From Hemiscyllium ocellatum (taxonomy: Eukaryota), in assembly GCF_020745735.1 (NCBI RefSeq), contig NC_083405.1:124845584-124909583 (forward strand): DNA of 64,000 nucleotides, in the 5' to 3' direction. The notes below the pieces were generated by a model that ran no database searches, was not told where the DNA came from, and saw only the letters and a list, made by a program, of their open reading frames with translations. Position numbers and translations under genes: made by a program. Below are positions 49,651 to 63,124 of the stretch, piece by piece. Position 1 is the first letter of the stretch, and the number at the start of each line of letters is the position of its first letter.

Positions 49651-50063
49651 AAAGACAAACTTAATAATCCAATATTGAACTATGTAGGATAACATTGCAA
49701 TGTTCTGTTGCTAATTGAAAGCAGCCTGTCCTCATAACATAAGATTTAACACTGGAAGTTAGGTTTGTTTTTAAAAGCTTTCTGATAACCTTGCAAGTTT
49801 CTTTTGTAAGAGGCAAGAGAACCATAGTTAGCCAAATGAATTTTGCTTTTTTTTCCTGAACTGTCATGTGAAACTTTTTTAGGTGACTAAACCTCAACTA
49901 TCCTTAGATGCACATCGAGGGTTAAAATTCCTAGGTTTTGTTAATCTGAGCCCAGTTTGTCCAGCCTCAAGTAAAATGATGTGTCCCTTTACGTAGAGAG
50001 AATAAGTGCTCTGTAATCAGGAAAATGGTATGTTTATTGACATTGTACTCTAATTGATGCATG

Positions 50064-50190
50064 ATTTGGAGATGCCAGTGTTGGACTGGGGTGTACAAAG
50101 TTAAAAATCACACAACACCAGGTTACAGTCCAACACATTTAATTGGAAGCACACTAGCTTTCGGAGCAAAGCTCCTTCATCAGGTGGCAG
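50064..50190 (-). mobile_element. Family-2 Penelope-derived element with an intact hammerhead motif at 50152-50186
   Basis: Minus strand CAC CTGATGA A GGAGC ttt GCTCC GAAA GC TA GTG: stem I CAC/GTG, stem II 5 bp, palindrome AGCT, CUA triplet. Confidence 0.75.
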
Positions 50191-52779
50191 TGATGCAGAC
50201 AGCATGACAGCAGTAAGATGTCAGGCTATCTATAGCTGTATAATCAAAATGTTTTTGATAAATATTCTGATTATATAATTAAAGCGATTCTTTCATATTG
50301 GTGATAATGTTGAATCCTTTTAGTTGAAATTCTTTCAGTTGCCTGCTGTAATTTCCATGGAATCGTCATTGAAACTAGGAAAAATATGACAATTCTCTGG
50401 GATTTCCAAAGAATTTGCACAAAAGTAACACCAGCTGAACAGGAGAACCATTATGAAAATTTAACCCTTTGCTAAACTATATGATGTAACTGCTGATATT
50501 TGTAATATAACATAATATGAAAATTATGATGATGCAACTGATCATATGACTTTACATCTGTAAGAGAAACCGAGAGAAGACATCTGACTGGAAGATGCAG
50601 AAAGAGAGTGTTCCTTGGAACTACACTAAAGTTACATTTAGTAACCTTTAAAGTACAGATGTAAGTAGATGGTATTACAGTATATCAGGAGTGGAAGAGC
50701 CTAAGTCAAGGATAAGACGCCAACAGCTTCTTGGAGTATACATATAGACACCAGCACGACAATGCTAAGAAAGAATATCTAACTACGTTTGTTGCAATAC
50801 TAACCCAAAGCATAAAATAAAGCATGGTGGCAGCAAGGAACCTGTAGGGCCAGGATGTGAAGTTAGATCGAAGTCCATAGAACATAGCTGAAAAGTGAGT
50901 AGACTTTGTAGATCGAGCTGAAAAAAACTCCAAATGCCGAGAAAAGAACTCTGAAGATTTTGAGCACAATACAATGGGCTGGGCAAATTCCAAAGGGTAG
51001 AAAATAAACTTTGGAACACTTTGAATCCAAGCAACATATGTGGAATATCTGAAGCGTGAAAACACAGAAATGGAATCCTTCAACAGAAAATAGCAAAAAT
51101 GTCAATTCGCACCCAGGTCAGTATAGGACAATAGTAGGTCAAGTGACACCCCCAGTAGACATTTGCCTTATTAGTCCTCCCCACAAGCATTACCTCACTT
51201 TCCCAGGTTAAATTTGATCAGTCCATTGACATTTTCCCCCAGTTTACGGTAACATTTCCATCATTTATCACATTATCAATTTTTGTGTCATCATCAAGCC
51301 TCTTGATCATACATCTTCTATTTAAGTCCACATCATTAATGTACATCATGAACAGCAATGGCACCAGTATTGTGGAACCCCATTGGAGTCAGATATCCGG
51401 ATTAGAAGCATCCCTGTACTTCAACCTGTACTTCCTGCCTCTGAGTCAGTTTTGAATGCTACTTTGCCTTGGATCCTGTGGACCAATCTGTCATGAAGTA
51501 CTTTATTAAATGTTTGCAAGTTTCATGTAGGCAATATCAAATGTATAGTCCTCATCAATACTCCTGGTTACCTCCTCAAAACATTTCATCAATTTTGTCA
51601 AACACGATCTTCTGATTTGGTTAGGTAAAGCATTGGATGAAAGTGCTGCAGTTCATTAATTAAAGTATTCAATGTGTTCTTCAGCCCTAAAAGAAATCTA
51701 CTCAGACTGAGATTCAATCAACTATCTCAGTGGCTGGAACTATTTATTGAGGCCTTTTTAAGGACTTTATCCTCAAGTAAGATGTTGTGGATATATAATT
51801 TAAAGTGTGAAGTTTGTAGATCCTGTATCAAAGTCAGTGTGAGGAGTAGAATATGTTGAATTTTCTTGAAGAAGTACCTGAAGTTGGAACAGACAATCCT
51901 ATTTGATTATGCAAACATGGATTAGGGCCTAATCAGCTCAGAATCATTGGGAATTCTTTTGACACAGGCTCCACATTACATCATCATCCTTCTAAAACAC
52001 CATCAAAAGAGCGGAAATCAATATATTCAGTTGTTCACAGTATAGTCAAAACAGACCTGCAAGCACAATGAATGTCCAGCAGGGGGAATGGAGTGCTACA
52101 GATAAGACTAACGGGGAAACTTTAAAATATATCGCAAGACAGCGCCATGTTCATCATCACAAAAGTATAGGAAAAGTCCTGCAAAAGAAAAGAATTCTAG
52201 TAAAATGGAGATCATACAACAAGAAAACTTTCAAGAAATTTAAGATGAAGAGCAAAAAGCTAAGACAAACTTTCTAGGTGTGGTCAAAGACAGTCAACAC
52301 TGATTATGGACTATCAACTTCAAAACAAATTGTGAAACAGAATTTGGACTTGCCTCAGGAAAATGACTCAATACTGGGAGGTAGCTTGCATAACTGAAAA
52401 GATAGGAAAAGGAATTAGAGCATTCCAGTACAGGAAACAAGAATATTTCAGAGGGTTCAAGGACATAATCGATTTGGCCAGAGACAAGAAATAACAAGGA
52501 TGCAATTATGTTGCTTGGTGTAACATATAATTCAACTGGTGGGGAGGCTATAGAAGAACAAGTCTGTAAAAACAAAGAGGTGTAAACATCCATGCAATTG
52601 TTGTGATCGGGAACTTCAGTTACCCACATATAGACTAGGATACACATAGTGTAAGGGACATTAAGGATAGATGTTCTTAGATTGCATTCAGAAGAATTAC
52701 CTACCACAGTATGCGTCTTGTCCAATAAGAAAGCTAGCACTGCTACAGATGTTTCTTGGAGATTAGATGGGCTAAGCGG

Positions 52780-54200
52780 AGTCATAGAGTCATAGAGATG
52801 TGCACCACAGAAACAGATCCTTCGGTCCAGCTCGTACATGCTGACCAGATATCCCAACCTAATCTAGTCCCACTTGCCAGCACCCGGTCCATATCCCTTC
52901 AAACCATTCCTAGTCATATACCCATTCAAGATGCCTTTCAAATGTTGCAATTGTACTAGTCCTTAGGCCTCTTTTATATCTTTCCCACCTATCTCTAGTT
53001 CTGGATACCATCCACCTCAGGGGAAATACCTTATCTATTTACCTTATCCATGCCCCTCATTATTTCGTAAATCTCTATAAAGCCATCCCTCAGCCTCCGA
53101 AGCTCCAGGGAAAACAACCCCAGCCTATTCATCTCTCCGTATAGCTCAAATTCTCCAACTCTGGCAACATCCTTGTAAATTTTTTCTGAACCCTTTCAAG
53201 TTTCACAACATCTTTCCAATAGGAAGGAGACCAGAATTGTATGCAATATTCCAAAAGTGGCTGAACCAATGTCCTGTACAGCTGCAACATGCCCTCCTAA
53301 CTCCTATACTCAATACTCTGACCAAAAAAGGAAAGCATACCAAATGCTTTTTCACCACCCTATGCACCTGTGACTCTACTTTCAAGGAGCTATGAATCTG
53401 CACTCCAAGATCTCTTTCTTCAGCAACACTCCTTAGGACTTTACCATTAGGTGTATAAGTCCTAAGATTTGCTTTTCCAAATTGCAATACCTCGCATTTA
53501 TCTGAATTAAACTCCATCTTCTACTCCTCAGCCCATCTGATCAAGATCCCGTTGTAATCTGAGATAATCTCTTTGCTGTCCACTACACCCCCAATTTTGG
53601 TATCATTTGCAAACTTACTAACTAACCTCCTATGCTCACATCCAAATCATTTATATAAATGATGAAAAGTAGGAGACCCAGCACCGATCGCTGTAGCACT
53701 GCATTAGTCACAGTCCTCCAGTCTGAAAAACAACCCTCCACCACCACCCTCTGTTTCCTATCTTTGAGCCAGTTCTGTATCTAAATGACTAGTTCTCCAT
53801 GTATTCCATGAGATCTAACCTCGCTAATCAGTTTCCCATGAGAATCTTGTTGAACGCCTTACTGAAGTCCATATAGACCACTCTGCCTTCATCAATCCTT
53901 TTTGTTACTTCTTCAAAAACTCAATCAAGTTTGTGAGACATGATTTCCCAAGCACAAAGCCATATTGACTATCCCTAATCAGTCCTTGCCTTTCCAAGTA
54001 CATGTAAATCCTGTCCCTCAGGATTCCCTCCAACAACTTGCCCATGACTGACTTCATGCTCACCAGTTTATAGTTCCCTGGCTTGTCCTTATCACCTTTC
54101 TTAAATACTGGTACCACGTTAGCCAACGTCCAGTCTTCTAACCCCTCATCTGTGACTATCAATGATACAAATATCTCAGCCAGGGGTCCAGCACTCATTT
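52780..54200 (-). mobile_element. CR1 LINE 3' portion
   Basis: KPGNYKLVSMKSVMGKLLE (53905..54198), MEFNSDKCEVLQFGK (53203..53517). Confidence 0.87.
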
Positions 54201-54389
54201 CCCTAGATCAAGTGACTGTAGAAAAACGTAGTGGACGGTGATAACTAAGGTATAAAATGATGGAACAAAATGACATTTGTCAAACAATGATAAGAATAAT
54301 CAATTGGATTGGATTTCAATAGGGCAAAAATAGATTTGGGCTAGGTGCACTGGAACTCTAATAACCTTGTCTTTTTTATTGAAAACAAC

Positions 54390-54590
54390 AAATGATGGAG
54401 ATCACAATGGGTCAGGCAACATCCATGGAATGAGAGCAAGTTAACATTTCGAGTCTGGATGACCATTCATCAAAGCTCTGATGAAGAGTCATCTAGACTC
54501 GAAACATCAGTTTGCTCTCTCTCCATGGATGCTGCCTGACCCACTGATCTCCAGTATTTGTTGTTTTCAGTACAAATTCCAGCATCTATT
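54390..54590. mobile_element. Penelope-derived fold-back element, family 3; hammerhead-like core 54476-54510
   Basis: CT CTGATGA A GAGTC atcta GACTC GAAAC ATC AG, with an opposed degenerate copy at about 54443-54475. Confidence 0.65.
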
Positions 54591-56057
54591 GTTATTTTCT
54601 CCTACATTGTCTTTTTTTATTTTTGTGATTTTAAAACTGTGGACCTCAATGAGAAAACAACTTTTAAAATCTCCACAATCACCTGTTGAAGGAGTGGCAT
54701 TCGGAAAGCTAGAGCTTCCAAATAAACCTGTTGGACTATAACGTGGCGTTGTGTGATTTTTAATTTAAAGTCAAGAGTCTGGGAAAATGGCTACAGTTAT
54801 GGTAGGCTTTGTAAGCAATTGTTGGAAGAAACAGTGATTGAAATTCAGATTGGAAATGATATGGAACCAAGGGTGTGTACTGATGCAGCTCTTGATAGTA
54901 ACAAGAAGTTACTTGATTCTTGGGTGTGTGGCAGTTATTAATGACAGAGACCTTTTGCTTGCCAACAAGTATGTGATTGGCTTTTGGGTGACTAAGCAGC
55001 TTGGAGCTAAAATTAAGTCACAGATACACAGCGATAGAGAGAGGAAATATGAAGTTCTGCTCCCAGCCCCAAACCTAAACTGATAATGCGAATTGATAAA
55101 TCAGAGATATTTTCCCCAAGTTAAATCAGCTGCTCTGTATTTCTTACAAACTATTGGAAGCATCCCAGGAAAGATATCTGAACAATAGAAGTCAGGCCAG
55201 CTGATGAAGGATCATCTCAATATTGGGAAGCAAAGACCATTGAACTGACCCTCCAATTTTTGTACCTCCACAAATAATCTATATTCCTCATTTGTTTGTC
55301 TGTGTGTCCAAGGAGGAGTTTATAAGAGGATTAGAACTTGTTATATATGAATGGTATATCTGTTTACCTGTGGCCATAGTCTAATTTCTTGTATTAGACA
55401 ATAATTGTTGTTCAGTACAGAAATCTGATCTCTGCTTTCTACCAACCTTGGCCTGGGGTACTGTGAATACTTGACAAAAAAACATTGAAAACTTGACAAA
55501 AAACATGTTATGACTCAGAGAATAGTTAATTCATGGTGCACTAGCAATGGTTTTTAAAAGAAGTAGCCAAACAATGGACTGTCTTTAATGAAGCGAGGAT
55601 TTTGTGAATGAATTAAAAGAAAATTGAGGAGACTTGATACAGTGAATAAGAATGAGCTATTTCTATTGAAGGAGAGGTAAATAACTGGGGCAAAGATTTA
55701 ATGTAATTGATCGAACTAGCAGTGAATCTTTAGAATTCTTTACACCAAAGGACTTTTGAAGCTCAGTCATTAAGTAAGTTCAAATCAGAGATTGATGGAA
55801 TTTTTGTTACTAATGACTTTGCATAATATGCTGAACGTGCAAGACTATAACATTGAGGTGGTTGATAATTCATGAACTTCAATGGCAAAGCAGATTCAGT
55901 GGGTTGAATGGCTTCTGCTCCTATATTTTGATTCTACTCATAAAGAAGAACAGATCTTTAGCAACCAGATGGTGGTCTCGAACTCACTGCTCAGAGCTGC
56001 GGTCGAGGCAGAAAATCATAGCATTTTAAAAAATACATGGATACACGATTAATCTAG

Positions 56058-56277
56058 AGCTGAAAATGTGTTGCTGGAAAAGCGCAGCAGGTCAGGCAGC
56101 ATCCAAGGAGCAGGAGAATCGACGTTTCGGGCATAAGCCCTTCTTCAGACCTAAAGGAGGCTCATGCCCGAAACATCAATTCTCCTGCTCCTTGGATGCT
56201 GCCTGACCTGCTGAGTTTTTCCAGCAATACATTTTCAGCTCTGATCTCCAGCATCTGCAGTCCTCACTTTCTCCTTC
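56058..56277. mobile_element. Family-1 Penelope-derived fold-back element; 16-bp TSD
   Basis: Opposed arms around about 56148, minus core CTGAAGA A GGGC ttat GCCC GAAAC GTC. TSD tacacgattaatctag at 56042-56057 and 56278-56293. Confidence 0.8.
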
Positions 56278-58259
56278 TACACGATTAATCTAGCTTACTT
56301 TGGTGTACTGATCTGCCGTGAGTTCACAAAACGACTTAAATACTTGTAGCTTTCAGACTAAGTTATTGTTACTGAAAGTTCTGAATCTTAATAATAGCTT
56401 AAATGAACGTAAAAACAGGTTGCCGTATCATGAAGCTAGTTTTTAGACGTCGCGCTATTTGATGTAGTTCAGAAACCCTACTCTGGCATGGCAGTTTCTG
56501 CCACATTTACAGCAAAGGAAGACAGTCACCTAAGAAGATCTGTAGGCCTGTTTTCTATGGGCCCTCTTCTCAGCCAGCAGAGCTTTTTGCTTCTGGTTGC
56601 CACTTCTAAGCAGTCAATCTTCTGAGGACCTGGACATCAGTGGATGTCTCTCAGTTGTCATTATCTGTCAACTTCATATCTAGCTTCAATGTAAAATACT
56701 GTGAACACTGGACATCAAAACAAACAAAGGGAATGCAGGAAGAACTCCCAGGGAGAGCAACCCTATGGTGCAAGACTTAGACAACTTTACCTTTATGTCA
56801 TGATATTGGGCTTCTCCTTGTTGCATGGTTTGTTCCAAAAAAGAGTATTGGCTGCAAAAAGCTTATGATATCAGCAAAGCTGAATAGTCTCCATTTTTCC
56901 CATTTCTCTTTTCCAAGCCATGATGTCTGAGTTGGGCCATGCCTCGTGGTCAGTGCTCGTGTTAAAATCCATTAGGCAAAGATGTTATAGGGATGTTGCC
57001 AATAGCAATGTTAAGCTACTTATGGACCTGGTATTGGATGTAGATACTCAGGGAGCTAACCCGCCCTGTCTGTGTTATGCTATGGGTCGAGTAAACACAT
57101 TCTGAACTATTTGTTGGGTGATTCTATATTGAGAGTAGCAAGTTATCTGCAACAAAGTCAACACCTAGCTTCCAACATGTGTTTCCTCCTACAAACTATA
57201 CCCCTGCCAGGTAAATGTATAAAATATTACTTACAATGATCCACGTTTAGCAAGCCCAACAAGTTCTATGGAAGTTATGTCAATATTCGGCTTTTAGTTT
57301 CATGTTGACGTCAGCTGGTTTTTGCGTGTTCTCAACCAACTACAACTCATCTATTAATTGTATGTGATTGGTTCAGATGTTCTAGCTTGCCAATTAAAAA
57401 GTTGATGTCTTCTTTCCTTTGGTTTAGTTTGCTTGTTATCTGTTCCAATGAATGCCATATTTTCTGATCAAAAGTTCTAAGCCCAAGCACAGCAGGTTCT
57501 TTCAGTTCTGAGATTTTATATAAGGTAAATTTTATTTTGGCGTATTAATTTCTACAGGTTGCATCTTCCACACTGTTATTTACTTTGCAGAGGTTGGTTT
57601 TCTGACAAAATGAAACAAATAATCTAATCCTGAATCCCTTTCAATTCAGCAGTGTAGCTAAAACTGATTAGATTTGTCATTCTTTGAAGATTAAATAATT
57701 CCGTTTACAGCTCTTTGGATATTATGCATGGTATATAATTTATTATTGTGTTCAACATCACAAAGGATTAAAATAGTAAGAATGAATCATTGCACAAAAA
57801 AAGTGGAATTAGCATTATTTTAAGTTCCATTATTTGCAATTATTTACGGCAACACAAAATAAAGGATGCAATTTTAAATGTTTGTAGGAACAGAGAGCTC
57901 TGGAGGAGGTATGTGTGCAGAAATCATTGAGTGTGGAAGGAGATTGATAAAAACCAAAAGAATTGCGATGCTGTAAATCAGAGACCCAAAACAGAAATTG
58001 TTGGAAAACATCGGCAAGTGTGGCAACATGTGTGGAATCAGAGTTAATACGACTCTTTCTCCGATATTAGTTTGGGGCTTCAACTATTCATTTTATCTAT
58101 TAAGAACTTAGGTGATGTGATGTTAGTGTAGGCAGAAGTGATATGACCACCTCGGACCTAAAATTGAAAGCTAGAAACAATGAATGTTGGAAAGGACTTG
58201 GATGGAATATCAAAGTACTTAGAGAAAATAATCAAAATGACCACTGAAAGGCATTGTGC

Positions 58260-58995
58260 CTATGGCAAATATATTAGACTATCATCAGCATCTGTAGACC
58301 ATTGTCAGCACTTTTATGGAAGCATATGAGAACATGAATCTCACCCTTACATTCGCAAGACAAAGGTCCTTCAACAACCTGGCCTGGCACTGTGGAGCAA
58401 ACTCCCAGTCATCAAGACCCCAGGAGACCTTAGGGACCACTGCCAATACCTCGGGAATGTTCTGTCGGCCAAAGCAGCTATTGATGAAGAGATTCAACGT
58501 CATCTCCAATCTGCTAATGCTGCCTGAGTTCAAGGATGTTCGAGAACAACAACTTCAGGTTCAACACCAAAATCATGGTTTACAGAAAAATGGTGGTTTC
58601 TGCCCTCTTATATGGCTCTGAGACATGGACTGTCGACAGTAGACCCCTCAAAGCACTGAAGCAGTACCGCCAACATTGCCTGCGCAAGGTCCTCTGAAAC
58701 CACTGGAAAGAAAGTTGCACCAACATCAGCTTCGTCAATCAGTCCAACGCCCCCAGCATCAAGAACACCTACTACCCTTGATTGATTATGAAGGGCTGGG
58801 CATGTTATACGCATGACCAACATGAGACTACCCAATCAGGTGCTCTACTCCCAGCTTTGAAATGACAGGTGAGCCCCAGGTAGACAGAGAAGGCACTTCA
58901 GTGATATTCTCAAAGTCTCCCTGGCGAAGTGCGGCATTCCCAAAGACACCTGGGAATCACTAGTCCAAGCTTGTCCAAAATCGAGGAGAAGCATC
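58260..58995 (+). mobile_element. RTE-clade (BovB-like) LINE 3' portion, decayed
   Basis: tatggctctgagacatggact (YGSETWT), catgttatacgcatg (HVIRM), gtgctctactcccagc, and a G.R..G.Q.K.F.D.LK-like segment, typical of the RTE ORF C-terminus. Confidence 0.65.
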
Positions 58996-59689
58996 CAGGA
59001 ACAAAGAACAGCACAGCACAGGAACAGGCCCTTCGGCCCTCCATGCCTGCGCCCCTCCAAGCCTGCGCCATCATATTTTGTTCTTCTTTTACTAAAACTG
59101 TCTTCACTAACAGGATTCATATCCCTCTATTCCCTTCCTACTCATGTGTTCATCCAGGTACTTCTTGAATGCTATAGTGAAGACATTAGGAAGACATCAA
59201 ACACCTTGAGACTCATCATTGGGAAAAAAATGGAAGCCTATTGAAAACAGTAAAAGGAGCACGCTGCCACACCAATGCTCCATCCACCCCTTCCTGTGAC
59301 CGCTACCTGCCCCAACTGTGAGCCTGCGATAGCTATATTGGTCTTACAGCCACCTACAGACTCAAACTCAGAGTGGAAGAGTCATCTGTGTTGGTGAGGG
59401 ACTGCTGATGATGACTATAGAAGCTAAGCCCAAATGCTCCTAACATGGAATGCGACCAGTAAGAGTGTGCAAACACTGGGAGTTGAACTAAGTATGGGAG
59501 TTTAGGCGAATGTGGAAGGGAGGCATTGGCTGTATCTTGTTCCAGTCTTTGTTGCAAGGTGCTGCTTTATGGTCGAAGTACTGCTGAATTAGTGGTGCTG
59601 TGGGTCTAGGTGCATACCACGTTTTGTTGAGGAGGGTGAACAGCAAAAAGGTACAGGTAAGTTAATACCTTTTGTTTTCCTTAAGTCAG

Positions 59690-62590
59690 CTTGTTGTTAA
59701 AGGGGCAGAGATGGCTGTCAGTGGAATGGTATGCTCCTCTTGTCAGATGTGGGAGATCATTGAACAGTCAATTGGCCCTGGCTACTGTGCTTGCAGGAAG
59801 TGTATCCAGCTGCACCTTCTCTCAGACTGAAATAGATCTGTTAGAGTGGCAGTTGAAAACACTGAGAAACATAGAGGAGGGAGAGAGCATGATAGTAATT
59901 TCAAGAAGGTACAATCAGGAAGATGGGTGACCACCAGAAGAGGTGGGCAGGTAATGCACGAGTCTCTTATGGCTATCTGTATCTGAAACAAGTATACTGT
60001 TTTAGAGACTGTTGGTGGGGATAGCCTCACATGGCAAACAAACAGCACAGCCAACTCTTTGGCACCACCACTGGCTGTGCCGTAAAATAGGGTATGGCAA
60101 AGTCCAAGCGAGCAATTATAATAGGGGACTCTCTAGTCAGGGCATTTCTGAAGCTGTGAGCGTAATTCCAGGAAGGTGTGCTGCCTCCTTGGTGCCAGAG
60201 TCAAAGACATCCTGGAATGGTTGCACCAAATTCTTAAAGGTGAGCATGAGCAGTTGGAGCTCGTTGTATACACAACAACATAGGTAGAAAAAGGGATGAG
60301 GTCCTGCAGAGTGAATATAGGGAGTTAGGCAGGAGGTTAAAAAGCAGGGCCTAAAGGTTAATAATCTCTTAACAGTAGTGAGACAAGGGGAAAAATGAGA
60401 CTGGTACAGAAATTAAAAGGAGCAATTTAAATGGACAAGACAGCCAAGACCATGGCAGAGAGCGAAGGAAGACTGATGAATTAAAATGCATTTCTTTCAG
60501 TGCAAGAAGCCTGACAGATAAGGCAGATGAACTCAGGGTATGGACGGAAACTTGGGACTGGCATATCATAGCTATTTAAGAAATATGGCTGAGGAAGGAA
60601 CAGGACTAACAGCTCAATATTTCAGAGTAGAGATGCTCTAGGTAAGATAGAAGGGGAGGCAAGAGAGGAACGGGAGTGCCATTTTTGATGAGGAAAAATA
60701 TCATGGCAGTATTTACTGAGGATATATGGAATTCATACAGTGTGAAAAGAGACCATTCAGCCTATCGTTTCCGCCAAAGAGTATCCTACCCAGACCCAGC
60801 CCCAATCCCTGTAATCTTGCATTTCCTATGGTTAATCTACCTAACTTGCACATTTTTGTGCTGTGGGAGGAAACCAGAGCACCCAGAGGAAACTCACGCA
60901 GACGCAGGGAAAACGTTAAAACTTCACACAGTCACCCAAGGCTGGTATCAAACCTGGGTCCCTGGCACTGAGGCAGCGGTGCGAACCACTGAGCCAGTTC
61001 GCTGCACAATATTCCTGGGGGGAGTCCAGTGAAGTTAAATGGGTGGAACTGAGAAATAAGATCACCTTGATGGGATTGTGCTATAGACCTCCAATATTCA
61101 GTGGGAAATTAATGAGCAAATATGTAGGGAGAATACAGATAGCTGTAAGAATAATGAGGTTGTAATGGAGGGGATTTTAACTTTCAAAACATAGATTGGT
61201 ACTGTCATAGTATTAAGGGCTTTGATGGGGATGAATTTGTTAAGTGTGTTCAAGAAAACTTTCAAAATAACATGTAGGTGGCCATACTAGAGAGGTGGCA
61301 AAACTTGACCTCCTCTTGGGAAAGAAGGCAGGCGTACGTGACTGAGGTGTTGGTGGAGAGCAGTGACCATAATTCTACTAGTTTAAAATAACTATGGAAA
61401 AGGATAGGCCTGGTCCAAAAGTCGAAGTTCTAAACTGGATTAAAGCCAGTTTTGATGTTGTTGGACAGGAACTTTCAAAAGTCAATATGGGTAAGCAGTT
61501 CACAAGAGACAAATGAGAGGCTTCCACAAGCCTGATAGCAAGAGTTTAAGGTCAGCAAGGCAAGGCTTGCAGGCGTAGGGAACTCTGGCTGACTAGAGAT
61601 ATTGAGGCTCTGGTCAAGAAATATAAGGAGACATGTATCAGATATAGATAGCTGGGATCAAATGAATCTTTGAGGAGTGTAAGTGTGTAGGAGTATACAT
61701 AAGAGGGAAACCAGGAGGGACATGAGATAGCTTTGGCATATAAGATTAAGGAGGATCCAAAGAGATTCTACATGTATATTAAGGGTAAAAGGGAGAGAAT
61801 AAGACTCTTTAAAGATCAATGTGTGGAACCACAAGAGATGGATGAGATCCTAAGTGAGGTTAATCTGGACAAATGCAAGGTGATGCATATTGGGAGATCT
61901 AATACAGGAGGAAAGTAAACAGTAAATGGCAGAACCCTTAGTGGTGTTAACATATAGAGGGATCTAGGGGTACAGGTCCACAATTTCCTAAAAGTAGAAA
62001 CACAATTGGATTAGGTGGTCAGGATGGCATATGGCATGTTCACGTTCGGCTTAGAGCATAAAAACTGCCAAGTCAGGTTGCAGCTTGAGAGAACTTCAGT
62101 TAAGCCATATTTGGAATATTGTGTACAGTTCTGGTTGCTACACTAACAAAAGGATGTGGAGACTCTGGAGAGTCTTCAGATGTTGCTGGATTCAGAGGGA
62201 TTGGACAAACTTGGTTTGTTTTCACTTGAATGTCGGAGGCTGAGGTGTGACCTGATAGAACTTTACAAAATTATACGAGGCAAGGATAGAATGGATAGTC
62301 AAGTCTTCTTCCTAGGCTAGAAATGTCAGTTGCTAGGGGATATAGTTTAATGTAAAAAATATTAAGTTTAAAGAAGATGTGAAAAGTAAGTTTTTTTATG
62401 CAGAAAATGCACTGACCTGAGGAGATGGTGGAGACAGGTACAATAACAACATTTAAGTGGCATCTTGATAGATATATGAAAAGACAGGGAATAAAGGGAT
62501 ATAGACCAGATCTTAGATGCACCAGGATTTTAGTTTAGAAAAGCATCACATGCTTGGTGGGCCAAAGGGTCTGTTCCTGTGCTGTACTGT
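59690..62590 (+). mobile_element. Decayed long CR1 LINE including ORF1 remnants, with an HE1 SINE inserted at about 60730-60998 (-)
   Basis: tgctcctcttgtcagatgtggga (CSSCQMW) and ataggggactctctagtcagg (IGDSLVR, esterase-like) typical of CR1 ORF1, followed by endonuclease and RT remnants and a 3' UTR. Confidence 0.7.
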
Positions 62591-63124
62591 TCTTTGTTGG
62601 ACAGGAGTCACATATTAGTTAGATAGTATATATTTATCACCACATAGTTGTATGTGTCTAGTGATTTGGAAAGTAAAAGACCATTGTTTAATTACACAAG
62701 AAAAATAATGAGACCTTTAGTTTAGCATGATCAGCATTTGAAGACACGTCCAGCCTGAGGCTGACAATATAATTGTCTCACAATTTACTTAGGAAATCTA
62801 ATGCCCCAGAGAATGCCAAATGAAGATTTTTTTTGGATGTTTGGTGGTGTTTTAAAAACATTTGTGCTGTATAAACAAAAAACACACAATGCCTGGTTGG
62901 CAATGAAACTTCAGATATGAAAACTCGGCAGATGGGAAAGATACAAACTCTTGACCTTAACAAATTTGGTTGATAAAAGAGATTGAAAACAATAGGGCAA
63001 TAGGGATTAAAGGAGATATTACGGGAGAATGGCCATGAGCCAAAAGCTTTTAAATGTTTGAATGCTGGATTCAGAAATGACGGGTGACACAACATAAGCA
63101 GGGCAAAGGTGAGAGTGCAGAGGC

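Noticed and set aside
8040-56293. DNA-transposon MITEs with terminal inverted repeats
   Set aside because: Arms are asymmetric and variable, TSDs are 12-16 bp, and the same sequence is the 3' end of a GIY-YIG-coding element at 63125-63566.
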